A stretch of DNA of 16,491 nt, taken from contig JBDRBK010000073.1 in NCBI GenBank assembly GCA_043822705.1, forward strand, positions 1-16,491. The letters run 5' to 3'. Positions 1 to 9,321 of the stretch are shown here, piece by piece. Within the stretch, counting starts at the first letter, position 1, and each line of letters opens with the position of its first letter. The stretch is from Fidelibacterota bacterium. GTDB taxonomy: Bacteria; Fidelibacterota; Marinisomatia; Marinisomatales; TCS56. Both the position numbers and the translations under genes were made by a program. A model generated the notes under the pieces. It was given only the letters and a program-made list of their open reading frames with translations, ran no database searches and was not told where the DNA came from.

Positions 1-98
1 ATGTTGGTCTCACCGGTGGTAATATATTGTTCCGGTGTCTGAGCAAATACAATCCCCAATAAAAGTATGCTGGAGAGTAATATTTTAACTGTTTTCAT
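1..98 (-). CDS. 5' end (partial, runs off the window) of a secreted/periplasmic protein with a Sec signal peptide
   Basis: Manual translation from the ATG at 98 gives MKTVKILLSSILLLGIVFAQTPEQYITTGETN..., open to the window edge. It has a basic N-terminus, a hydrophobic core and a V-F-A|Q cleavage site. A perfect SD (AGGAGG) lies at 105-110. Confidence 0.8.
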   Translation of the reverse strand, partial: MKTVKILLSSILLLGIVFAQTPEQYITTGETN

Positions 99-112
99 TA
101 ATATCCTCCTGT

Positions 113-199
113 TGGTGCCGAAGGCGGGATTCGAACCCGCACACTCGTCCGAGCACTACCCCCTCAAGATAGCGTGTCTACCAATTCCACCACTTCGGC
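113..199 (-). tRNA. tRNA-Leu (GAG), CCA encoded
   Basis: The reverse complement folds as a cloverleaf: GCCGAAG/CTTCGGC acceptor stem, D-arm GTGGAATTGGTAGACAC, anticodon arm CTATC-TTGAGGG-GGTAG, long variable arm, GCGGG-TTCGAAT-CCCGC T-arm, ACCA end. Downstream of secG is the classic position (cf. E. coli secG-leuU). Confidence 0.97.
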
Positions 200-210
200 A
201 TTAGTTTGGA

Positions 211-552
211 TTATTCCAGAATAATCTGGTCGTCTTGACCGGCAGGACGCGACAGATCGGAACCGGGTGTCACGATGCGCGACTCGGATTCCTGTTTTAA
301 AATCGAACGCGATTCGTTGACCCGAGTGCTTGAAACCAGACTGATCAATACTGCCAGGGACATGAAAGCAATGGCCAACCCGGTTGTCAGTTTACTCAGA
401 AACGAAGCGGCTCCGCGTCCACCGAATACCTGGCTGGTAAAACCACCGCCAATCGATCCGGCCAGGCCGCCGCCCTGGCTGGCCTGCATTAAGATTACTG
501 TGATTAACAGTATAGCGACTAATGTCTCAATAATGATTAAAAATCCGTGCAC
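211..552 (-). CDS. secG: Preprotein translocase subunit SecG
   Basis: Two hydrophobic segments flank ILMQASQGGGLAGSIGGG...VFGGRGAASFLSKLT, the SecG signature. GTG start with AAGGA upstream; tpiA-secG-tRNA-Leu synteny. Confidence 0.95.
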   Translation of the reverse strand: MHGFLIIIETLVAILLITVILMQASQGGGLAGSIGGGFTSQVFGGRGAASFLSKLTTGLAIAFMSLAVLISLVSSTRVNESRSILKQESESRIVTPGSDLSRPAGQDDQIILE

Positions 553-555
553 AAG

Positions 556-1332
556 TTATTCCTTTGTATAATTTTCGGCTACGATTTTAGCAATGGTGGC
601 ATACGAATCAACCTTTAGGCTGGCGCCACCAATCAAAAACCCGTCCACACCGCGGGTTTTGATTAACTGTTTAGCATTATCAGCCTTGACTGATCCACCG
701 TAAAGGACGGCTGTTTTTTCGGCTACTTTCACAGAATACAATCGTTTCAACACCTCACGAACGGCACCGTGGGCTTCGTCCACCTGCTCGATACTGGCGA
801 TAACACCGGTACCGATGGCCCAGACCGGTTCATAGGCGATAATGATATTATCCATGGCGTCAATGCTGATATTACTAAGCCCCAGACTCAACTGCTCTTC
901 CAGGATGGCGGTGGTTTCGCCTGCTTCCCGCTGTTGCAGCGTCTCACCGATACAGAGAATCGGTTTGAGCCCGTCGGCCAGGGTCGCCTGTACCTTCCGG
1001 TTGATCCAGTCATTCGGCTCGTGAAATACGTGTCGGCGTTCCGAATGTCCGATTATGACATACTCGGCGCCGCAGGCTTTCAGCATTCCGGTTGATATTT
1101 CACCGGTAAAAGCGCCTTTCGCTTCAAAATGTACATTTTGGGCCGCCAGCGCCATGGATGAATTTCTCAACAGACTTTCGATGTGAAAGAGCCCCGTAAA
1201 AGGCGGGCTGAATATAATGTTCACCCCTTTTACTTTCAAAAGTAATTCCATGCACTCTTCGACGAAGGAATATCCTTCCTGTGGGGTCAGGTGCATTTTC
1301 CAGTTTCCAGCAACAATCGGTTTGGTAATCAT
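556..1332 (-). CDS. tpiA: Triosephosphate isomerase
   Basis: Motifs AGNWKM, GAFTGEIS, IIGHSERR, AYEPVWAIGTG, YGGSVK, DGFLIGGASL. Confidence 0.99.
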   Translation of the reverse strand: MITKPIVAGNWKMHLTPQEGYSFVEECMELLLKVKGVNIIFSPPFTGLFHIESLLRNSSMALAAQNVHFEAKGAFTGEISTGMLKACGAEYVIIGHSERRHVFHEPNDWINRKVQATLADGLKPILCIGETLQQREAGETTAILEEQLSLGLSNISIDAMDNIIIAYEPVWAIGTGVIASIEQVDEAHGAVREVLKRLYSVKVAEKTAVLYGGSVKADNAKQLIKTRGVDGFLIGGASLKVDSYATIAKIVAENYTKE

Positions 1333-2520
1333 TTATCGCTCCAGTACGGTTAAGGCCGGCAATGAAATTCCGCTCAGTAGTTCCAGCGAAGCGCCACCAC
1401 CGGTCGAGACGTGGGACATGCTTTCCATCAGACCATAATTTTTTACTGCGGAGGCCGAATCGCCGCCACCGACGACTGAAATCGTTCCGGTGCGCGTGGC
1501 ATCGGCGATTGCCTGGGCGATGGAATGGGTTCCTTCTTCGAAACCGGCCGTTTCAAATACGCCCATCGGACCGTTCCAGATGATCGTCCCGGCCTTTTCA
1601 ATGATTTCGCTGAATTCCCGGATCGTGGCACTGCCGATATCGAGGCCCATCCGGTCAGCGGGAATATCGTCCACGCTGATCTCGCTGCGGCCTTCCGGTT
1701 CGCTCAAAGACTTGGCACAAATCACGTCGCTGGGGAAATGCAGGTTGATTTTCTGTTCCTTGGCGGTCTGAATGATTTTTTGTGCCGTTCGGACCATGGT
1801 CTTGTCAACCAGGGAACCGCCGATCTGTTTACCCATGGCCGCCAGGAAAGTAAAGGCCATCCCGCCGCCTATCATAATCGTGTCGGCCTCGCCCAGAAAG
1901 CGATTGATCAGGGACAATTTGGAATCCACCTTGGCACCGCCCAACAGAACCACCAGCGGTCGTTTCGGGCGCTTGATGACTTCGCTGAGGAACTTCACTT
2001 CCTTTTCCACCAGATAGCCGACGCCGCGCTGGGAAAAATGGGTCGAAACACCGACGTTGGAGGCATGCGCCCGGTGGGCGGTTCCGAATGCGTCGTTGAT
2101 AAAGATGCTGCCGTGCTTGGACAGCAGCGCGCTGAAATTGGCATCATTGCTGGTCTCTTCTTCGTGGAAACGCAGGTTCTCCAGCAGATGCACTTCACCG
2201 GGGCTCAACCCCAGGGACACGTCGCGGGCGTCTTCGGACACGCAATCATGGGAAAACTTGATCGATTTTTCCAGCAGATCGGCCAGTGTCTCACCGACCG
2301 GCATCAGACTTAATTCATCGATTACCTTGCCTTTCGGCCGGCCCAGGTGCGACATCAGAACCACCGATGCGCCGGTATTGAGACAGTGCTGGATCGTCGG
2401 CAAGGCGGCACGAATCCGGAAATCATCCGTGACCTGACCGTTTTTCAGCGGCACATTGAAATCCACCCGAATCAATACTCGCTTACCTTTGAGATCGAAC
2501 GATTTGAGTGTATTTAACAT
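1333..2520 (-). CDS. pgk: Phosphoglycerate kinase
   Basis: Motifs RVDFNVPL, SHLGRPKG, LLENLRF, NDAFGTAHRAHAS, GGAKV, WNGPMGVFE, GGGDS, HVSTGGGASLE. Confidence 0.99.
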   Translation of the reverse strand: MLNTLKSFDLKGKRVLIRVDFNVPLKNGQVTDDFRIRAALPTIQHCLNTGASVVLMSHLGRPKGKVIDELSLMPVGETLADLLEKSIKFSHDCVSEDARDVSLGLSPGEVHLLENLRFHEEETSNDANFSALLSKHGSIFINDAFGTAHRAHASNVGVSTHFSQRGVGYLVEKEVKFLSEVIKRPKRPLVVLLGGAKVDSKLSLINRFLGEADTIMIGGGMAFTFLAAMGKQIGGSLVDKTMVRTAQKIIQTAKEQKINLHFPSDVICAKSLSEPEGRSEISVDDIPADRMGLDIGSATIREFSEIIEKAGTIIWNGPMGVFETAGFEEGTHSIAQAIADATRTGTISVVGGGDSASAVKNYGLMESMSHVSTGGGASLELLSGISLPALTVLER

Positions 2521-3224
2521 ATTTCGGAATTCCTTAATTTTTCAATTTGAGGTGTACCGCAGGTAATGGCGATCACCTGGCTGGCACCGGCAGCTTTCAG
2601 GACGACTGCACATTCGGAAATGGTCGATCCGGTGGTCAGGACGTCATCCACCACGGCAATTCTGAGGCCATCGACCCGCTTCAAAGTCCTGAATGCGGCT
2701 CGCATATTCGATTGGCGCTCGCCGGCATCCAGCAGGGTTTGAGTCCGGGTCGCCCGAACGCGTTTCAGCAACCGAAAGTCAACTGCCTTGCCCCATTCCC
2801 GGGACAGCCCCCGAGCCAGCCATTCGGCCTGGTTGTAACCCCGTTCCCGCGCTTTTAGCGAATGCAGCGGCACCGCCGTGATCAAATCGACCTGCGATTT
2901 CACCTCTTTTTCAAATAACCGGCCCAATTTTGAACCATATACAGCCCCGAATTTAGCACAATCAGAGTATTTCAGTGAATGAATTAAGTTCATCAGCGGT
3001 CCTTTAAAAAACCAGCCGGAATAGGCCGCGTCAATCCCCGCCGAACAGGTAACATCCGCCCGCCAGTCGCCCAGTTGAGTCGGTTCCAGTTGGTCGTTGC
3101 AGGTGGCACATAATGACCCGTCCCCCGCTTCCGGATTCGTTTTACAGACAAAACAGATACGCGGGTAGATATATTCCAGCATTGTGGATAGGTACTTCGA
3201 AAATTGATCAAAATACGGCGACAA
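2514..3224 (-). CDS. comF: ComF family protein (zinc ribbon + phosphoribosyltransferase domain)
   Basis: YP-x2-CFVC...LCATC zinc ribbon, LKY, VPLH, RGYNQA and the PRPP-binding VVDDVLTTGST motif. The start is uncertain: TTG at 3224 (GGAG upstream), ATG at 3182, or the ORF-track ATG at 3284. The stop overlaps the pgk start by 7 nt. Confidence 0.9.
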   Translation of the reverse strand: MSPYFDQFSKYLSTMLEYIYPRICFVCKTNPEAGDGSLCATCNDQLEPTQLGDWRADVTCSAGIDAAYSGWFFKGPLMNLIHSLKYSDCAKFGAVYGSKLGRLFEKEVKSQVDLITAVPLHSLKARERGYNQAEWLARGLSREWGKAVDFRLLKRVRATRTQTLLDAGERQSNMRAAFRTLKRVDGLRIAVVDDVLTTGSTISECAVVLKAAGASQVIAITCGTPQIEKLRNSEIC

Positions 3225-3329
3225 TTGAATGAAATCTCCGCTGATATGACCAGTCAATATCACAACGCCCGAATAAAAATGCAAATTCTGCCTTTTAATT
3301 AGTGCCCCGACTCAGCTAATTTTTAGACC

Positions 3330-6329
3330 ATGCGCAAGGTTGATTTTTTGCCCACCACCAGCTTCAATTTTCACGAACTCATGCCCAATCGGGTTTATGA
3401 GATATTACTGGTCGCCAGTCCTTATGACGCTTTCATTCTGGAAGAAGACGGCCAATTGTCGGAACAGATCCTGAATGAATATCTTGGTATGAATTTCACC
3501 GCCGCTCCCCGGCTGTGGCGGGCGGCCACCGGCAACCGCGCCCTGGAGATGCTGACCAAACGCAAATTTGACCTGATCATCGTCATGTCCCGCATCGCCG
3601 ATATGGACCCGGTAACGTTCGGTACGCGGGTCAAGGAACGGCATCCCAAAAAACCGGTGATCCTGCTGGCCTCGGACGAGTCCGAAATCAACCATTTGCC
3701 GGTTCATTCAACGGATTCGCCGATCGATAAAATTTTCATGTGGAGCGGCAACGCCAATGTGTTCCCGGCAATTATCAAGTACATCGAAGATAAACTGAAT
3801 GTCCGCCGTGATGTGCGCATCGCCGATGTCCGGGTGATCATCGTCATCGAAGATACACCCCGGGATTATTCAGTGATTCTGCCGCTGATTTACAAGGTCA
3901 TCGTCAATTATACCAACCAGTTGATGAGTAAAAGTCTGAATGCGGCCCAGCGCCTGATTCATTTGCGCGGGCGGCCAAAAATTCTATTGACCAGCACCTA
4001 CGAGGAAGCCCAGAAATATTACCGCAAGTATCCTGATAACGTGTTGGGAATTATTTCCGATATCGATTTCCCCAAAGACGGGAAAAAGGACCCGGAAGCT
4101 GGTGTGAAATTCGCCCGCTGGATTCGCAAATACGAGCCGGCCATGCCGATCATGCTGCAGTCGCGGGATCAGAATGTCCGGGAACGGGCCGATTTGATCA
4201 ACGCTCATTTTTTATTCAAGAAATCGACCCGCCTGCTGCGCGACATCGAAGATTTCGTTATCCGCAACTTCGGCTTCGGCGATTTTGTCTTCCGTATGCC
4301 TGACGGACAGCAGATCGCCATGGCCTCCAATTTACCGGAACTGCTGAAACTGCTGGCCACAATTCCCGATGATTCATTAGTTTATCACGCCAACCATAAT
4401 CATTTTTCCAACTGGCTGGCGGCCCGCGGGGAATTCGAGATGGCCTCCGAAATCCGCCCGTTGCGCCAGTCAAATTTCAAATCCACCGACGATCACCGGG
4501 CGGCCATCATGCGCTTCATCGAAGTCAGCCGCACCCGTTATCAGGATGAGCAGGTAATCGATTTTTCGACTGATTCCTTCGATCCCAAGTTGAATTTCAT
4601 CCGCCTGGCCAAAGGTTCCCTGGGCGGTAAGGCCCGGGGACTGGCTTTCGCCCGCAAGATGATCAAGGAATCGGAGATAAAAAGCAATTTTCCGAATGTG
4701 TCGATCCGGGTACCGAATATCGCCGTGATCGGGACCGACGAATTCGATCGCTTCATGAAAGTGAATAATCTCTGGGAGCCGGCCTTAGCTCTGAACGATA
4801 ATTCCGAAATCGATCGGCTCTTCCTGATGGGCGCCCTGTCGCCGGATTTAACCGACCACCTGAAGGTCTATCTGTCGCGGGTCCGATATCCGCTGGCGGT
4901 CCGCTCTTCCAGTCTGCTGGAGGACTCGGCTTATCAATCTCTGGCCGGCCTGTACGCCACCTTTATGTATCCCAACGATGATTCGGATTTAAACCGCCGC
5001 CTGGTCGGTCTCAGTAACCTGGTAAAACTGGTCTATGCCTCAATGTTTCACCCGGAACCACGGGCGATTCTGCAGAACACGACCCGCCACCTGGAAGAAG
5101 AAAAAATGGCGGTGGTTATTCAGGAACTGATTGGCCGGCGCTACGGCGATTATTTCTACCCTAATTTCAGCGGCGTCGCCCAGAATTATAATTATTACCC
5201 GATTTCCTACATGAAACGCGATGAGGGTGTGGCCTTCGTCGCCCTGGGCTTCGGTAAAACAGTGGTCGAGGGCGAAAAGGCATTGCGGTTTTCGCCGAAA
5301 TACCCGGCAATTCTACCCCAGTTTTTTTCGGTCAAGGCCACAATTGCGGCTTCCCAGAATTCTTTTTACGCCCTGCAACTGGGATCCAGGCAGTCACCGG
5401 ATTCGATATTGGGATTGAATAATCTGGTAAAACTGCCGCTGGCACGGGCCGAGCGGGATTCGACCCTGAAATTCGTCGGCAGCGTGGTTTCCGCCGAAGA
5501 TGCCGTCATCCGGGATTCGCTGCACTACCCGGGCACGCGCGTCGTGACATTTGCGCCGATCCTGAAATGGCAACAATTTCCGCTGGCCGAAATTATCGTA
5601 CAATTACTGAATGTCGGCAAACTGGCGCTGGGCGGTCCGGTCGAAATTGAGTTCGCCGTAAATATACCGCCGGACAGTAGTGCCCGACCGGAATTCTGCC
5701 TGCTGCAGATCCGGCCCATGCATTACACCAGTCTGGAATCAACGCCGGATATGACGGAAATCGTGGAAAAAGACATCGTCGCGCGTTCGCACGTGACGCT
5801 GGGCGACGGGACTATCGATAGTATTCGTAATATTATCTATGTCAAACAAAAGGTCTTCAATCCGGCCAAGACCTTGGATATCGCCCGGGAAATCGAAAAA
5901 TTCAATCAGACCCTGGGAAATACGCGTCCCTATATCCTGATCGGGCCGGGCCGCTGGGGTTCCGCCGATACCTGGCTGGGCATCCCTGTTCGCTGGGATC
6001 AGATATCCAATTCCCGGGTGATCGTGGAAGTGGGATTGGAAAAATACAGCATCGATCCATCTTTCGGCAGCCATTTTTTCCAGATCGTGACCAGTCTGCG
6101 GATCGCCTATTTCACCATCAATCCGAAAAACAGCGCCGACAAGCTGGACTGGTTCTGGCTGGATTCCGTGCCGCCGAGCGGTGAATCACAGTATTTACGC
6201 TGGCTGGAATTCCCGGACCCGCTACGGATTCAGATCGACGGTGTCACTGGTAAAGGTATTATTCTGCCGGTAGCCGAGCGGCAACCGGAAATCGAACCGA
6301 TGGACGAGCAGCAATCCACCGGGATATAA
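3330..6329 (+). CDS. Receiver-domain-fused PEP/pyruvate-binding (PPDK_N ATP-grasp) protein of unknown function; this type is often annotated as PEP synthase/PPDK
   Basis: Two N-terminal CheY-like domains (ILLV...FDLIIVM...PVILL; IIVIED...GIISD...MLQS...FLFK). A DUF5752-like segment (ASNLPEL...SLVYH...HFSNWL) follows. PPDK_N motifs: GGKARGL, LAVRSSSLLED, AGLYAT, MAVVIQE, FSGV, GFGKTVVEG, EIEFA, LLQIRP. The C-terminus has GPGRWGS...PSFGSHFF. No C-terminal PEP-utiliser barrel. Confidence 0.88.
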   Translation: MRKVDFLPTTSFNFHELMPNRVYEILLVASPYDAFILEEDGQLSEQILNEYLGMNFTAAPRLWRAATGNRALEMLTKRKFDLIIVMSRIADMDPVTFGTRVKERHPKKPVILLASDESEINHLPVHSTDSPIDKIFMWSGNANVFPAIIKYIEDKLNVRRDVRIADVRVIIVIEDTPRDYSVILPLIYKVIVNYTNQLMSKSLNAAQRLIHLRGRPKILLTSTYEEAQKYYRKYPDNVLGIISDIDFPKDGKKDPEAGVKFARWIRKYEPAMPIMLQSRDQNVRERADLINAHFLFKKSTRLLRDIEDFVIRNFGFGDFVFRMPDGQQIAMASNLPELLKLLATIPDDSLVYHANHNHFSNWLAARGEFEMASEIRPLRQSNFKSTDDHRAAIMRFIEVSRTRYQDEQVIDFSTDSFDPKLNFIRLAKGSLGGKARGLAFARKMIKESEIKSNFPNVSIRVPNIAVIGTDEFDRFMKVNNLWEPALALNDNSEIDRLFLMGALSPDLTDHLKVYLSRVRYPLAVRSSSLLEDSAYQSLAGLYATFMYPNDDSDLNRRLVGLSNLVKLVYASMFHPEPRAILQNTTRHLEEEKMAVVIQELIGRRYGDYFYPNFSGVAQNYNYYPISYMKRDEGVAFVALGFGKTVVEGEKALRFSPKYPAILPQFFSVKATIAASQNSFYALQLGSRQSPDSILGLNNLVKLPLARAERDSTLKFVGSVVSAEDAVIRDSLHYPGTRVVTFAPILKWQQFPLAEIIVQLLNVGKLALGGPVEIEFAVNIPPDSSARPEFCLLQIRPMHYTSLESTPDMTEIVEKDIVARSHVTLGDGTIDSIRNIIYVKQKVFNPAKTLDIAREIEKFNQTLGNTRPYILIGPGRWGSADTWLGIPVRWDQISNSRVIVEVGLEKYSIDPSFGSHFFQIVTSLRIAYFTINPKNSADKLDWFWLDSVPPSGESQYLRWLEFPDPLRIQIDGVTGKGIILPVAERQPEIEPMDEQQSTGI

Positions 6330-6345
6330 ATAATTAGAACCAGTC

Positions 6346-6385
6346 ATAGACAGAAAACGGGAGCACGCTCCCGTTTTCTGTCTAT
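6346..6385. terminator. Probable bidirectional intrinsic terminator between the convergent dikinase-like gene and gdhA
   Basis: Perfect 19-bp inverted repeat ATAGACAGAAAACGGGAGC-AC-GCTCCCGTTTTCTGTCTAT. The GC-rich core is followed by TTTTCTGTCT on both strands. Confidence 0.88.
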
Positions 6386-6401
6386 TCATATCATTGGTGA
6401 A

Positions 6402-7832
<1,431 letters not shown>

Positions 7833-7877
7833 TTACAAAGAAAAAGGAATGTGCCACCAGAATTACCCGCCGTTAGT

Positions 7878-7886
7878 AGTATATCA
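7878..7886 (-). promoter_or_regulatory. Candidate extended -10 promoter for gdhA
   Basis: The minus strand reads TGA-TATACT (TGn + -10) about 140 nt upstream of the gdhA ATG. The -35 is poor. Motif match only. Confidence 0.4.
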
Positions 7887-7935
7887 TTCTTACCTGGGAT
7901 AGCACACGATCACTATAGCTGGTGGATGATTTTCT

Positions 7936-7964
7936 TTGATTATCGACTGATCCGAAGATAATTT
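7936..7964 (+). promoter_or_regulatory. Candidate sigma70-type promoter for tRNA-Met
   Basis: TTGATT-17 nt-TAATTT followed by a GC-rich stretch (CGGGCCGC), about 35 nt before the tRNA. Confidence 0.45.
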
Positions 7965-7998
7965 CGGGCCGCTCTTTTTCAGCAGGCAGCACAGAACT

Positions 7999-8072
7999 GG
8001 CGGAGTAGCTCAGTTGGTTAGAGCAGCGGAATCATAATCCGCGTGTCGGGGGTTCGAATCCCTCCTCCGCTA
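7999..8072 (+). tRNA. tRNA-Met (CAT), elongator type; CCA not encoded
   Basis: GGCGGAG/CTCCGCT acceptor stem (G1-U72 paired, so not initiator-like), D-arm GCTC-AGTTGGTTA-GAGC, anticodon arm GCGGA-ATCATAA-TCCGC, T-arm GGGGG-TTCGAAT-CCCTC. The discriminator A is followed by CAA. Ile2 identity is not fully excluded by eye. Confidence 0.93.
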
Positions 8073-8241
8073 CAAGGCTGCAATCGCTTTGGCCGGCCAC
8101 ACAAATGTAATTCCAACCTGCCGGCACCATCCCCCATCAGGTCGATTAATACCAATATTCTCCGGTTTTATCAGGCATTCGGCTTAATTTTAACACTACC
8201 ACTTGTACTACTTATCACACTGCTAACATCAGGATAGTAAA

Positions 8242-9312
8242 ATGAGAATCGGTCTGATCGGCTTGGCCCGCTCGGGTAAAACGACAATATTCAATGCGCT
8301 GACGCGATCAGCCATTCCCGTGGGCAGCTACACCGATGCCGCAGCCGATCCCAACCAGGCTGTGATCGACGTGCCGGATCCGCGGGTCGACGAGCTGGTA
8401 AAACGCTATGATCCCCGAAAAACCGTGTATGCCCTGCTGGATTTAATGGATTTTCCCGGTCTCAGTGATCCTGCCGATGATCACATTGCCATCGCCGCCA
8501 ATACGTTGCGCCTGATGAAAAACCTGGATGCCGTAGCCCTGGTCCTGCGCAACTACGAAGACGATCTGCTGGGTCCGCCCGGCGTCATCGCCGATCTCGA
8601 CGCGGTCTTCGGTGAATTCCTGCTATCGGACCTGATGATCACCGAAAACCGACTGGAGCGGATCGAGTGGAGCTACAAACGGGGCCAGAAAACCATGGAA
8701 TTGCAGAATGAGGAGCAGATTCTGCGCAAAATCCATGATCGGCTGGATAACAATCTGCCGCTCAGCACGCTGGAAATGACCGAGATTGAAAGAAAAATCG
8801 TCCGCGGTTTCCAGTTCCTGACCGGAAAACCGATGCTGATCATTCTGAATTCGGACGAAGCCCGCTTCAACCGCGACCAGAACCTGAGCAACGAACTCAG
8901 CCGGCGCTATCCGCTGGTGGAATTCGCCGGGAAATTTGAGATGGAATTGTCGCAGATCGACGATCCGGACGAGGTCGGTTTATTCATGGAAGATATCGGC
9001 ATCAGTGAATCCGCTCGTGACCGACTGGCGCGATCGGCCTATGAAATTCTTGGCTATATCAGTTTTTTCACGGTGGGATCGGACGAGGTTCGCGCCTGGA
9101 ATATTTTTAAAGGGTCCACGGCCGTGACCGCCGCCGGCACGATTCATACCGACCTGGCCCGTGGTTTCATCCGTGCCGAATGTTTCCGTTACGACGATTT
9201 GATTCAATTCGGCGATGAAGCGGCAGTGCGCAAGCACGGGAAATTCCGGCTGGAGGGCAAAGAATATATTGTCCAGGACGGCGACATCCTCAATATCCGC
9301 TTCAACGTCTGA
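8242..9312 (+). CDS. ychF: YchF/Obg-like P-loop ATPase (divergent) with C-terminal TGS/DUF933 domain
   Basis: G1 GLARSGKT, VPDPRVD, G3 DFPG, coiled-coil insert, FLTGKP, G4-like NSDE, and C-terminal FFTVGSDEVRAW, AAGTIHTDLARGFIRAE, RLEGKEYIVQDGDI..RFNV. Confidence 0.9.
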   Translation: MRIGLIGLARSGKTTIFNALTRSAIPVGSYTDAAADPNQAVIDVPDPRVDELVKRYDPRKTVYALLDLMDFPGLSDPADDHIAIAANTLRLMKNLDAVALVLRNYEDDLLGPPGVIADLDAVFGEFLLSDLMITENRLERIEWSYKRGQKTMELQNEEQILRKIHDRLDNNLPLSTLEMTEIERKIVRGFQFLTGKPMLIILNSDEARFNRDQNLSNELSRRYPLVEFAGKFEMELSQIDDPDEVGLFMEDIGISESARDRLARSAYEILGYISFFTVGSDEVRAWNIFKGSTAVTAAGTIHTDLARGFIRAECFRYDDLIQFGDEAAVRKHGKFRLEGKEYIVQDGDILNIRFNV

Positions 9313-9321
9313 CGCTGGCCG

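Noticed and set aside
1525..2313. 262-aa ORF antisense to pgk, and similar shadow ORFs (769-1095, 8980-9555, 12131-12631, 13306-14049, 14577-14975)
   Set aside because: They overlap well-supported genes on the opposite strand and have no protein-family features.
3330..6329. Calling the 999-aa gene ppsA or ppdK
   Set aside because: It lacks the C-terminal pyruvate/PEP-binding barrel and the canonical GG.TSHAA phospho-His motif, and it carries receiver domains instead.
7999..8241. tRNA-Met as an integration site, and the 64-aa ORF at 8043-8237
   Set aside because: No integrase or duplicated tRNA 3' end was seen, and the downstream genes look native. The ORF starts inside the tRNA.
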